Of a DNA stretch of 64,000 nt, positions 41,323 through 53,989 are shown piece after piece (within the stretch, counting starts at the first letter, position 1; each line of letters starts with the position of its first letter). Origin of the DNA: Podarcis melisellensis (Eukaryota); the NCBI GenBank assembly GCA_964234715.1, contig OZ174282.1. One strand, given 5' to 3'. Position numbers and translations under genes: made by a program. The notes beneath the pieces were generated by a model. The model saw only the letters and a program-made list of their open reading frames with translations. It did not search any database and was not told the DNA's origin.

Positions 41323-44300
41323 TGTTGTTGTTTTTTTCCCTATCCCAGGCCTTGCTTTGGGGAAGAAAGAAGGAAACAGAGTCTGGGGGCTGACTAGATT
41401 TCTTTCTGTCTGTCTGTCTTTTCCTGCTCAGTTGCCTCCAGGCAGTGTGTCCCCATCTTGGCTGATGAGATCTACGCTGACATGGTGAGTGAGGCAGAAG
41501 CACCCCTGGTCCCTCGGAAGGCCAAGCACAGCAGCTGGAACCCTTCTTCCCAGGAGAAGCCCCCTCCCACCTTCTGACACATGGCTGGGAAAGCAGGGGG
41601 TGGGGTGGGTCTGCCTGAGGTGGCTTGGTCTTCTTCCCAATCACAGCCAGCTGCACTAGCATCCCCCTTACCTGCTTTACACGCCCATTAGGTGTTTCCA
41701 TCACTACTTACTCTGGTATTCCTCCTTCTGCACTCCCCCCCCCACTAGGTGTTTGAAGACTGCAAATACGAGTCCCTTGCAAAGCTCAGCACCAACGTGC
41801 CTATCCTCTCCTGTGGAGGCCTCGCCAAGCGGTGGCTGGTGCCTGGCTGGAGAATGGGCTGGATTCTCATACATGATCGCAGGGAGATCTTTGGGAAGGA
41901 GGTAAGTTGGCAGAACTCGGTGCTGCCCTGACTTTCTGCACCCGGTCCAGGAGCTGGTGTGATGGAAGAAAAGAGTTCATGCCCCTCACCACTTCACAGC
42001 CACCCTCTGAGCCTGATTCATGTAGCCTTTGTGCCCCAATGCCCACTGTCTGTGCTAGGATGTCAATGAGGCAGTGTCCCCTGCCTCCTGGGTCTGGTCA
42101 GTGAAAGGCTGCCCAAGATGCCCCCTACTCCAAATGAGCTCTGAACAGGAACAAGTTGGTTTGAGTAGCAGCTGCTTCTTGGGAGGGCCAGGAGATCCCT
42201 CCCCCACTTCCTGTGCCCTCTACACTGGTGCGAGTTCTGCACAGGTTCCCTCCATTGTACCCATGGTAGGATGCAGACTCTCTTTCTCACCTTCCCAGCT
42301 CTGCCTTTGGTTTGGGGGCACACTGAGCCACAAGAGGGCTCTTGCTGTGACTGCGGAATTTCACTCTCTTAGATCAACTTGGGGATCAGGTAGTGTCCCT
42401 CCCTACTGAGCTTTCTCTCCTCTGTGCATCTTTCAGATCAGAGACGGCCTCCTGAGGCTGAGCCAGAGGATCCTGGGCCCCTGCACAGTTGTCCAGGGAG
42501 CTCTCAGCCGCATCCTTCGCCAGACGTCCCCGGAATTCTACCACAACACCCTCAGCTTTCTCAAGGTACATCCCTTCTCTTTGAAAGGAAAGGGAGAAAA
42601 GAAATAGGAACAACAAACACATAAGCAAAACCAGGACTAGACCAAAAGAGCTATTAAAAACAGAGTGGGTGGGGAGCACCAGGGAGGGCTCATGCCTCAC
42701 AAAGCCCCTCTTGCTTATCTCTCCCAACTCCTTGGAGGGCAACAGGGATGCTCCCCAGCCCATAAACACCGCTTGGGTGGTGGGAGTGGACAATGTGGCT
42801 CCTCTCACCCTGGGAAGCTGCACTGGCCTGGAGGGGGCAAGGAGGTGCTCAGCACAGCCCCCACAGCCCCTCCCTGTTTTGCCCTTTGGAAATGATTGGC
42901 TCATTTAATAATCCAGCTTAGCATGAATTGGTCAGTGAAACTGTTACAGTTAAATGAATGTGCATATTAATGAAATCTCTGCATAGATTCCCTTTTGAGA
43001 TTCCATTGATATGCTAGTTCAGAAGGATGCACCTCAGCTCAATGGTAGAGCAATCTGCTTTGCATGCAGAAAGTCTGAGGTTCTACACCTCCAGGCAGAG
43101 CTTGGTGAGACTCTCTGTCTAAAACCCTGCAGGGCTGCTGCCTGTCAGTGCAGTCAATACTGAGCTGGATGGGCCAATGGTATAAGGCAGTTTCCTATGC
43201 TCTTGTGAATGTTAAGCGTCCCTATTTTATTTTCATCCAATGTAGTAATATATACTCTGAACTATTCCCCACCACATAGCACATCAGAGCCAAACACTGT
43301 GTCAAAAGCTTTGCTCTTTTCAGCACTGGGAAGACCCAATATTCATGGCAGTGAGCATGGAAAGAAATGACAGCTGTGGGATGGGGGGGCGCTCTGGAAT
43401 GCACACACCAGTGCAAGTGTGGGCACGGCTGGCAAACAGGTCACTTTTCTGTGGTCCCATCAGTTCCCAGGGTGGGCAGGTTTTAATTCATCAACAATGT
43501 GCCCTTTTAAGCCTTTATCCATGGTGAACGTGTTGGGTGGTCCCAGTGGGGACCCTGGGATGCTTGTGCCTGCAATCTGACCTGACTCCTCCTCCTTCCA
43601 TTTGCAGTCCAATGCTGACCTCTGCTATGATGCCCTTTCCACTGTCTGCGGCTTGCAGCCTGTCCGGCCGTCGGGGGCCATGTACCTCATGGTGAGTGGC
43701 TCCCTGTCACTTGCAGAGCTTTGACCCTGCAATGGGCAAATGCCAGGCAGATCATCCCTAACTCTGTGTTTCCTCCTCTTCCTTGCTGCAGGTGGGCATT
43801 CAGATGGAACACTTTCCAGAGTTTGAGAATGATGTGGAGTTCACAGAGAGGCTCATTGCTGAGCAGTCCGTCTTCTGTCTGCCGGCCACGGTGAGCATCT
43901 TTATTCGCAAGAGAGTTATGGGAGGCCCTGGGAGTTACTGGAGCCGCGGGAGCTGTACTTGGCAGAGAAGAGGTATTCAGCTCGGCTCCACTTTCCTTGG
44001 GCCTCTGCTGCTCAGCTGGCCCCCACCTGCCTTTCCTCTCCTTTAGCTAGTCTTTCTTCTAGATGCTTGCGATTCGCAAGGCACTCCCACCATGCATGGC
44101 ATGAAGGGGCATTGCTTGCATTTCACAATCTCACTGCCAGCTGGCTCAGCGCCCACACCCCTGGCTGCTGAACAATGGCACCTTGTGAGGTGCCGTGAGG
44201 CTCCCTTCCCCAGATCCCCAGCCGCCTGCTCCCTCCTGCTACATGGGCCTTGGAGAATGGCCATTGCACTTGCCGGCAGCACCATTCCTTGAGACAAGCC

Positions 44301-44943
44301 TGTTGGATCAGGCCAATTGCCCATCTGGTCTTGCATCCTGTTCTCACAGTGGCTGACCAGAAGTCTGTGAGAAACTGACAAGCTCAGCACTCCTTGTGTG
44401 GAACAACAAGCAAGGCAGAGACCCTCCACAGGTGCTGTCACCACGTTGCTTGCCCTTGGTCGACTCTACACTGACTAGCAGCAGCTCTCCCAAATCTCGC
44501 TTGGAGAGAGTGTCCCCTTGCCCAGACTGTTCCATTGGGAAAGGCAGGGAGATCAGCCAGGAATATTCTGCATGCAAAGCAGGAGGTGTTGACCCTCCCC
44601 TTAACATGCCCACCCCAAACTCCTTCACATTTATCCTACCCGGTCTTGGTGTCAGAGTCTGGTGTGTGCAGGATTTCCAAGGCACCAGAGATGGTCCTTC
44701 GAGGCTCTCGCGCCACTCCTTAGGGAGTCAGCCTTGTAAAGGATCCACATGGTGGCCCCTGATGCCATCTCAATGGTCCTCTTCTGCTTCTTCTGACAGT
44801 GTTTTGAGTACCCCAACTTCTTCCGTGTGGTGATCACAGTGCCTGAGGAGATGATGGCGGAGGCCTGTCGGCGCATTCAGCAATTCTGTGAGAGGCACTA
44901 CGAAGGCGGCGAAGGATCCCAGGACCTGGAATGTGACAAGTAG
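39503..44943 (+). CDS. TAT: Tyrosine aminotransferase, 456 aa
   Basis: Coding exons 39503-39740, 39835-39939, 40036-40103, 40561-40719, 41138-41276, 41432-41484, 41749-41901, 42437-42565, 43608-43691, 43792-43890, 44800-44943, all GT-AG and in phase. Motifs [25 protein letters not shown], the PLP-lysine motif [15 protein letters not shown], and C-terminal ECDK*. Confidence 0.98.
41294..41330. repeat. (TG)n(TTG)n microsatellite in a TAT intron
   Basis: Directly visible. Confidence 0.9.
43021..43203 (+). mobile_element. Squam3-like SINE in a TAT intron
   Basis: agctcaatggtagagc...ctgctttgcatgcagaa...aatactgagctggatgggccaatgg...aaggcagtttcctatg. Confidence 0.8.
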
Positions 44944-45421
44944 CTGAGGGTCCCTGCCTGCCCGCCTGCCCTCCTGCCTGCCTGCCTCCACTCCTCCTGC
45001 AGGGAGTTGGGCTCACAGGGCCTGTGCCTCGCCAGCCCCTGTCCACTGGCTCAACACCACTTCTGTGTGCCACAGCCTCTGAAGCCCCCGCACAACCATG
45101 ACACTTGCCTGGAAGTAGATCCCCACAGAGACACTCCTCCCCTGCAGGCCCCCTCCTGCCTGTGCCCAGGGCAGCCAAAGAACTCCAGCAGGCGCTGCTG
45201 GCACTGGGTGCTCCTGGCAGCCTCTGCAGTGGTGTGCTGTTGCTGGAGCCTCCCAGATGCCCTTGAGAAAGACCTGCCAGCCCTCCCAACCTGTCCTTCT
45301 GCAGAGACCGTGCTGAGTCCTGGGCTGGCACAGGCCACCGTGGGCACCCGTCTCCCCCTTTCTCCCACCCATGTCCTCCTGTGCCTGTTTGACGTTCATA
45401 AGTTATTATACCTTTTGTATG

Positions 45422-45427
45422 AATAAA
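45422..45427 (+). terminator. TAT polyadenylation signal
   Basis: AATAAA about 480 nt after the stop, with TGTA upstream and GU/U-rich sequence downstream. Confidence 0.7.
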
Positions 45428-45802
45428 TGCATGAAAAATACCTGGCCTTGTGACAAGATCTGGCTTTCTTTCCTCTGTGTGTCAAACTCTCTTCCAGCAG
45501 CAGCAGCCACAAATCAAAGGCCAGGGGAAGACTCAGGGAGGCCTGGGCACTGCAGGAGTTCTTGGGACTCCTGACCTGATATGGAGTCCCAGCAGGAGTG
45601 ACACCTGCTTTTCGCTTTTCCATTTCGGCCAAGGGCAGTGTGGAAGGAAGAAGGGAGGAAGTCCCAGAGACATACCCATCTCCTCTTCTGAGTGTCCTTC
45701 ACACCTTCAGACCTATAATCTGCAATGTGGTTTAATAATAATTTCCTCTTCCCAGAAAACTCTGAGAACTGTGGCTCTGTGAAGGGAATAGGTGTCATCT
45801 AG

Positions 45803-46190
45803 CCAGGGGTGGAAGGAGGGGGGCGGTGCGCCCCGGGTGTCACCACTGGGGGGGGGGCGTGACAAAATGCCAGGCAGCACTCACCGCAGGGCCTGCAGTG
45901 CGCCCGAGCCATGCGTCTCTCCTGAGAAAATGCCCCAAATGGTCCGCCAGCTGCCTCCCCCTCAGCTGTAGGGCAGCTGAGTGGGAGGAGGCAGGCAGAC
46001 TCCTCGGAGGCCCCGCAAAGCATCCTGCCCCAGCTGCCCTGCTCCGCGGGTGGCTGGCCCTGCCCCTGGGCGCAGGGCACGCGCGCCGCCCCAGGCGCCT
46101 GATCGGCTTGCTTCGCCGTTGTACCTAACAAGTCTCAATACCCTTAACAAACTAGATTGTTTCCTGGAAGCCACGACTGTTTAAATTGGC
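45803..46190. mobile_element. GC-rich hAT-like element fragment
   Basis: The left end (ccccgggtgtcacc...gtgacaaaatgc) is the reverse-complement relative of the terminus at about 62048-62120. The right boundary is uncertain. Confidence 0.45.
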
Positions 46191-46481
46191 ATGATACTAC
46201 TTTTAATGTATAGGAGCAGATGAGAAGTATAGTGTACAACAAGATATACCAGCACTGAGCAGTTAAAATAAACAAAGGTAGTGCCAGAAAGGCAAATAAA
46301 AAGTCATTCACCAGGTGTCAAGAGTTTCCTGAGGGAGAGCAGTCCCATTTCAGGGGTCCAAACATCCTGAAAGGTCCTTTCCTGGCCATCTGTACTTCAC
46401 TCCAAAATGAGGAGGTGCTTTGGGGCAGCACAGTTGTTGGTAGCCCTTTACTGCAGTAGTATTAGCCCTGCAGTAGTATTA

Positions 46482-46819
46482 GCCCTGTGGGTTAAACCAC
46501 AGAGCCTAGGACTTGCCGATCAGAAGGTCGGCAGTTTGAATCCCCACAATGGGGTGAGCTCCCGTTTCTCAGTCCCTGCTCCTGCCCACCTAACAGTTCG
46601 AAAGCACGTCAAAGTGCAAGTAGATAAACAGGTACCGCTCCAGCAGGAAGGTAAACGGTGTTTCCGTGTGCTGCTCTGGTTCGCCAGAAGCGGCTTAGTC
46701 ATGCTGGCCCCATGCCTCGGGAGCTGTACGCCAGCTCCCTCGGCCAATAAAGTGAGATGAGCACCTCAGCCCCAGAGTCAGTCACAACTGGACCTAATGG
46801 TCAGGGGTCCCTTTACCTT
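46482..46819 (+). mobile_element. Sauria SINE (slightly 5'-truncated)
   Basis: ctgtgggttaaaccacagagcctagg...gtgcaagtagataaa...ggtcaggggtccctttaccttt tail; flanked by tattagccctg. Confidence 0.9.
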
Positions 46820-47100
46820 TATTAGCCCTGCAACCTAGCATGGGCAAGTTCGCCTCTCTGGAGATGGGGATATTATTATATTTAATCAATTATTATGGGA
46901 AAGTTAATCTAAAGCAGAATGCAAACTGGTCTAGTGTACCGGTAATTGTTTTCTCAGTGAACTGGGCCTGCAATGGCAAAAAAAGGTGGTTGGGTGGAAT
47001 CTCTTGTGTTGACTGAGCACCCATTTCCAGCAGTGAACAGCCAAATTGAGCAGGACTTAATCTCCACTCACCAGCTGATTCAGGAAATGGTTTGCACTGC

Positions 47101-47320
47101 AACCTCCTGCTAAAACAGAGGCCTCCCCCCTGCCCTGTTTTAGCAGAAGTTTCTATGCAAACTTGCATAGGATCCCCTGCTAAAACTATGGCAACCCTCT
47201 CTTTTTTAGCAGGGAGTTCCGAGACACACCCATTCCTGAATCAGGAAAGTGTGTGCATCAGAATCTCGTACTGAAACGGATAGATTTTTAAGCCATCATT
47301 TTAGCGGGGGATCTATAGTT
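47101..47320. repeat. Cluster of inverted repeats (ctgctaaaa / ttttagcag), probably a palindromic MITE remnant
   Basis: Hairpins at 47101-47150 and 47171-47220; a related arm at about 47298-47318. Confidence 0.5.
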
Positions 47321-47872
47321 ACACCTGATAGGATGAGAAAAGAAACCATCTCTTTTGGAAGCACTTTGACACCCTGATTTTGGGACTTACAAGTACCTTG
47401 CACATGACTTTGTTGTGCCATCATGTGATTGACAAGTTGGTGCTCCCACCCCACCAAATTTGGCCTGTGAGGCTGATCTGGATAAGGATCTAGCCCATGG
47501 AGTCACAAAGGTTCCCCTTCCTCCTGCTAATAAAAAGGCTAAGGGGTCTTTGCATTTTCCCCTCTCTGCATTTGTTTCACAGTGACATAGGAAGCTGCCC
47601 TGTACACAGTGTCTAGCTCAGTTGCCTACACTGACTGAGTGTGGCTCTCCAGGGTTTCAAAAAGAGGACATTCCCGGCCATACCTGGCGATGCTGCTGGG
47701 GAAGGTGTTGTGTTTGAATGTGGCACAGCTTCTGCATGCCAAGCAGCCGCTCTGCCACCGAGCTACAGTCTTTCCTCCTAACTTCCTGTTTAAAAGAAGA
47801 CAATATTCTTACAAAAGGTCATATTTTACTGATAGCTGTAAACACTGAGTCAGTTTATAACTCTTTATGTGC

Positions 47873-48900
47873 TTTTTTTATATGTTGACGTATTTTATTC
47901 AGGGGCTCTGGTGGCACTCCCTGGCAAATAACATATAACTCGGCTCCATCAAACATTAGCAGGAATCTCTCTTAAGCCCTGGCACAGGGTCTTCCCACCG
48001 GCTTGGCACAGAGGCTGCTCTTCTCCTGCTTCTTCCAGCACTGCAAAGCAGCCCAGTCCAATCGCACTGCGTTCCTCTCCATTCCGGCATTTCTGGCTCT
48101 CTAGAGTCACTTCTGGGCTGTTCTTCTGCCTCTCCTGGCCCTTTGATGGCAAGATAAAATTTCTGGGTAAACAGCCAAGGGCCCTTGCATATCCTGTCTG
48201 GTGCTGGGTGAGATGAGGGCTGATTTGGGCCTGAGGGAAGAGCCCAGCCCTGGTAGGCAACCTCCTTGGGATGCAGCAGTGGCGTACCACATGTTGCCAG
48301 CACTTGGGGCAAGGCAAGAATGACTCCTCCTAACCTCATTGTGGGCATCACACTGGAGGCAACAAGTGGACTTCATTTGCTGCACCCCTATGGCGCCCGC
48401 TCCTTGCAGAGGTCATTGGATGGTCACCATGTTTGCCCTCTCAGCTCAGTGAGGTCCCGCTTGGTGGCATCCCAGCAGTGCTGGAGCCACAGCTGCAGCA
48501 GGTCTAGGAGCAGGGTGAAGGAGAGCAGACTGAGGTGCCAAGCGCAGGCCTTCTTCAGCCGCCGCCTCTTGGTCATGCAGCGTGAGGACGAGCACCAGCG
48601 GGTTCCAGGCGAACGGGTGGCTCTCCTCTCTGCATTCCCACTGCAGGGTACATGCCTCTTCCAAAAGTACATGCTGGGAGGAAGACCCCGGGGAAGGACA
48701 GGTGCAGACTGGAAAAAGTCTGAGCTCCCTCTGGTGGGAGGGGGTTGGTGACCCTTTGCCAGCTGCAAGGAGATGGAGGCCTGGGCGTGGCTCGCCTCCT
48801 CACAGGTCTGGAAGGTGGCAGCCATACAGCCTTGGCAAGGAAGCCTGTTGTAGGGGAGCTGGGCTGCTCCCCCTCAGACTTCTGCGCCCGGGGCCATGGC
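47873..48900 (-). pseudogene. Retrocopy-like intronless unit, parent unidentified
   Basis: gccATGg at 48897 is in frame with the 133-aa ORF 48825-48424 except for one TGA at codon 8. Locally GC/CpG-rich. AATAAA (47899-47894) is followed 14 nt later by A7 (47879-47873). Confidence 0.4.
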
Positions 48901-48995
48901 CACCGTTGCCCCCCACATGATGCCACTGGGATGCAGTGAGATTCTGGTTTCACTTGAGGGCATCAAGAAGGGGAGCACTGTGGAAGCTTTTCCAT

Positions 48996-49371
48996 TGTTA
49001 TGTACTGAGTGAATCCTAGAACAATAGGATCCAGAATACAGCAGTCTGCTTGGTCCACAGGAGCCACCCAATCCAGCTCCAGGTGGAAGTGAATCAGCAA
49101 CCTGATTGGCCTGCAGGAGCAGCCAATCAGGCTCCTGGATGAAGTGAATCAGCAACCTGATTGACCTGCAGCAGCAGCCAATCAGGCTTCTGGAGGAGGT
49201 GAATCCGCAACCTGATTGGCCTACAGGAGCAGCCTGGAATCAGCCAATCACGCAGGGCCCATTGTGTAAATAATGTATATATAGCTAGACATTTTGGGGA
49301 ATGTTTCATTCATTGCTACTATGAGCTGAATAAAGAGCATGAAATTCACACTTGACTCCAAGTGTATTTCA
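48996..49371 (+). mobile_element. Solo LTR
   Basis: TG...CA termini, 5-bp TSD tccat/tccac, three 55-bp repeats carrying CCAAT boxes, TATATATA at 49276-49283, AATAAA at 49329-49334. Confidence 0.8.
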
Positions 49372-49985
49372 TCCACCATCCATGAACTTGCCCAGAGAAG
49401 CTTACCCTTATGGATAGCTCTCCCCCAAGCAGCAGCCGTTGAAGATTTCATTCATTCTCCTCCCACCAATTTGCTTGTATTTGGGTCCCTAGCTTTGTGC
49501 TAATCTCTTTTTCTGTCATTTGATCCAAGAAGTTAATCTTCCTGTACTTTGTGTTCACAAAGCCAGTAATGTCAGATAATCCGTTTCGCAAATATCACAG
49601 TTAGAGGAGGAATTTTGTCAAGCGTAAGGACTGGAAGAAAACCATTGGGTCATTTTGTTCAACGCCCCACCATGAACTCACCCCACTGTGAGCTCGTCCA
49701 CACTTCTGCTTGCTCCACCGCTTACCCCCAGGGAAACCTGTTCTTTACCACTGAATCATAGCAAATGGCAACTGGGTTTTCTTCAGGTTGATGTTTACTC
49801 CGATTCAGCTCTGAAACTGGGTTTTCTCAGGGAAAGCAGCAGGCCAAATAGAAAAAATACTCAGACCTCTGCCTAGAAAGCATGGGCCTAGTGGAAAACC
49901 TAGGCCAAGGGTGGGAAGTGTATACAAAAGCATGGGAGATCTTGGATACCTCTGTTCTTCCAGACTTCTCTTTTTGGGAACATAG

Positions 49986-50340
49986 GTAAAGGTAAAGGTA
50001 CCCCTGCCCGTACGGCCCAGTCGTGTCCGACTCTAGGGTTGTGCGCCCATCTCACTTAAGAGGCCAGGGGCCAGTGCTGTCCGAGGACACTTCCGGGTCA
50101 CGTGGCCAGCATGACAAGCTGCATCTGGCGAACCAGCGCAGCACACGGAAACACTGTTTACCTTCCCGCTAGTAAGCAGTCCCTCTTTATCTACTTACAC
50201 CCGGGGGTGCTTTCGAACTGCTAGGTTGGCAGTCGCTGGGACCGAGCAGCGGGAGCACACCCCACCGCGGGGATTCGAACCGCCGACCTGACGATTGGCA
50301 AGTCCTAGGCGCTGACGTTTTACCCACAGCGCCACCCGTG
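49986..50340 (-). mobile_element. Sauria SINE, full length
   Basis: (ACCTTT)n tail, B box ggttcgaatccc on the minus strand, perfect 13-bp TSD tttgggaacatag (49973-49985, 50341-50353). Confidence 0.92.
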
Positions 50341-50368
50341 TTTGGGAACATAGATCCCAGTAATTAAT

Positions 50369-53331
50369 TTGGCTGGTCTGCGACTCACCAAGCTGACCAC
50401 CACCAGGGCCCTGATGTGGCTCAATTGGCTAACTGATTGGGAAGGCTCTGGGAATTTTACCTATATTTCCCTGCAGGGAAATAGTATGGTGGACTATATT
50501 CTGATACCCACTAATTTGATGCCCTACGTGGCTGAGTTTTACATAGGTGATCCTATGCTCAGTGACTATCTCCCTCTACATCACAAACTTGTCTTTCCAT
50601 CGAGGAAGTCAGAACAGTTAATTAATCCATCCCCCCAGGAACTGAGTCTCCAGCACGAAAGGATACAAGTTAACGAGCCTACACTATCTCTTTTCCAAAG
50701 CTTGGTGAATTTTGACCATGTGATTCATTTGTTTTCGGTAGAGAAAGGTGAACTTTCCTCTGTTGTTGGAGTCACTCGGTTTGAGGAATTTATTGACACT
50801 TTAAGAACTGTCTCATTTACACTTGCAGAGGCCACCTAAGAAGAGGGGGATTGACGATTGGACTGACAAATAAATAATAGCAATTAAAACTGAGGTCAGG
50901 AGAACCTATAGAGAGTTCAGAGAGACAGGCAGCTCTCGATTGCCTGACATTTACTTCTCCAGATCTTGACAACTTAGGGAAACGATCCAGCTCAGCCGGA
51001 TAAGATATAGTCAGGCATGTTTTGGGATATCCTACTCTCAACCATCCTAAAGAAAGATCATAAGAAATTTTGGAAGGCTGTAGCAGACTCCCCACAGACA
51101 CAGGATGATTCGCTGATGTTGATTCCATCATTGTCATGGGTAGAGCATTTTAAGGCGGTTTTCTTCAATGACTGTATTCCACCTGATAGTCAGGACCATG
51201 CCAATTTTACTTTCGTGGATGAGTGGGCCCCTGTCTCCATCACCAAAGTTATAACTTTAATTGACCAGATGAAAGCAGGAAAGGCTGCCGGCCCTGATGC
51301 TATTCCATCTCAATTGATCAAAGCCAAGCCAGAGTGGTGGGCTCCGATACTAGCGGAACTATTCACTATGATAGATCTGGTATCATACCAAACTCATGGC
51401 AGCAATCTATAATTATCCCAATCTTTAAAAAGGGTGACAAAAAGCTGCCATCTAATTATCGACCAACAAGTCTACTGTCAAACATTGGGAAATTGTATGC
51501 TAAACATCAGTTAAATAAACTAACTACCTGGCTTGATGAGAATAACATCATAGGTCCAGAGCAGGCAGGGTTCAGGCCGGGGAAATCTACTTTACGCAAC
51601 TGTTTGGTGTTATTTCATTTAGCCGCTAAGTACAAGCGACATTCTTTATGAAGTCGCTTGTACTTAGCAGCTAAATAAAGCGACTTCATAAAGAATGTCT
51701 CTATGTGGCCTTCCTGGATATCAAGGCTGCTTTTGACACTGTCAACAGGGGGCTGTTATGGTCCAAACTGGAGACAATGGGCCTAGAACCTAGATTACTT
51801 TACTTGATCAAAAAGCTTTACACAAAGAACACCTGTCGCATAAGAACAACACCAGGGAATGTAATGACAGATCCTGTCATTATAAACAGAGGTATAAAGG
51901 GCTGTGTACTCTCTCTCTCTCTTTTTAATCTTTTTCTTAAGGAAGGACCTCGCTTCTTTACTAAAACAGGTGGATGCCCACTGCCCAAAACTCAAAGCAT
52001 CAAGCATTCCCATCCTTCTATACACAGATGATATGATTTTGCTTTCACAGACAAGAATTGGGCTAAAATGCTTGTAAAATTACTGTATTGACTATCTGTC
52101 CAGAATGAAATTATGCATGAACTTTGATTAAAGCAAAATAATGGTTTGGGGGAATTCATGCAAAAGCTATAGCTGGGTATTTGGTGGAAAACACATCCAG
52201 CAGGTGTTCGAATTCAACTACCTGGGAATCACATTCCATAATGGGCTGCTATGGTCCTCGCAGCGTGCAACGGCAGTGAATGCCAGTAAGATGTCTATGC
52301 AGGCCATAATGCGTTTCTTTATAACAAGAGGTAATTCACATATCCCCTCTGCCCTCAAGGTCTTCAGCGCCAAAGTTATAGCTCAATTGCTCTACGGCAT
52401 TCCAGTCTGGCTGCCAGGGTAGAACGAGTGCAGGCAGCTTTCCTTTTTAAGAATTTTGCCGTCCCACATTGTGTAGCCTTTGCAGCCTTGTGTCTAGAGG
52501 GAGTTCAACACAAGATAGAGACCATAGCTGGGTGAGATTTCTTACATGCTGGTTAAACATCTGCCTCACAATAGATAAAGATCCTCTCCTTAGTGAAGTT
52601 TTGCTAGATCCCTTTCTTTCCCCAGGGCTACAACGGTTTAACATAAAGGTACAGCAACTTGGGCTGTCAGTGGAATCTTTGCAATCAATGTCTCCACCAT
52701 CTGCCAAGGCTATAATAAAAACTAGGTTGTGTGTGGGACATTCAACGCCAGGAACTAATAGCAGCAGCAGCAGAGAAAACATGCTCCCCTCTTAACTTTC
52801 AACTTTCTTGGGCACATGAAGTTAACCACAATTATCTTGAATTTTTGCTTAATCCTCAAGAAAGAAGAGCTTTTTTGCTGGCCAGGTTTAATTCAAATCC
52901 TTCAAACCTCCTATGAGGAAGGTTCTCGAGAATGGTGGAAGGAGAAAGAATTTGCCCATGTGAAGACCATCAGGTGGAAACTCTTAAATGTAATGGTTCT
53001 TAAATGTAAACTATATGTTGGTCTCCGCCAGCAGTTCCTAGATCAACTCTGCATCCCCAAATGGAAACCAGAGTTAGAGGTCATATATTTTCTATTTTTG
53101 GGGAATAATCAGGAGCTCACCAAGTCAGTGGCTAAATATCTTTATCTGGTTTTTGTTGTCGAAACACATCGCAGACGTCTGATCTCCCTGGAGACCTAGA
53201 CATGTAATGTTAGACTGCTCTGCCTCTTTCATCTGACAAATGTTTTGTGTCACTGGGAAGGCGGTAATTCTGTACTAATTTGCTATAGATGTTTGTATGT
53301 GATGCCAATAAAAGGTTTGATGATGATGATG
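50369..53331 (+). mobile_element. Decayed non-LTR retrotransposon (APE end plus RT), clade uncertain
   Basis: Frameshifted ORF pieces: FTY...SMVDYILI...SDYLPL (endonuclease end), KAAGPDAI, IIPIFKKG..NYRPTSLL, EQAGFRPGKST, AFLDIKAAFDTV, LLYTDD, FNYLGI. Ends in AATAAA at 53307-53312 and a (TGA)n tail. Confidence 0.92.
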
Positions 53332-53989
53332 GAAACCTATTGGACACACCTTTTAGGCACAGGACAAACAAAGTGTGGGCAAATCCTTAGGCAATGCGGA
53401 TGCCTGTCCTACATCAGTAGCCACCAGCCGGATGGCTGAACAAGAACAAAAGCCCAAGTGCGGGGAGGAAGCCTCAGCCTCTGTGCTTGGCAGTAGAAGG
53501 AGCCCGGCCCTTCCTGCCCATCCATCACTGCCCATTCAGCCACCCCTGGGCTCTCAGCCTTCTGGAGCAGGCCTGGCTGCTTTCCAGTCTCCCAGCAGAA
53601 GGTTACCATTGGACGGAGACTGATGTCTTAGCAGGAAGGGTTTGGTTTACAGGGTGTGCCAGATCCCCGCAGAGTCAGATTTAATCTTCCTATAGAAGCT
53701 TCTGGCTGATGCCAAGTTCAGGGGCTGCTCACTTTTCCTGCCCCTTCCCTTGCCCATCCTTCTCCCTCCAAGGCCAAGCCTTCTCCTGCCTTATGCAGAC
53801 TCTGCTAGATCAAAAGGCGTGGCATGCCCAGATAAAAGAGATCACAAGAGTCAAAGAGGGGAGGGGGACAAGGAAAGCTTCTTAGCATCTATGTTTCCTA
53901 GCATTTTGGACTACAGTACCAAGTTACCCAACCAGTGAGCACTTGCCTATGTAGTGCCCCCCCTTTCTGCATTTCTCTGCCCATGCACA

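Noticed and set aside
47949-48420. Naming the Cys-rich segment a PHF7/G2E3 pseudogene
   Set aside because: It needs five or more frameshifts within about 150 nt, too permissive to support a name without a search.
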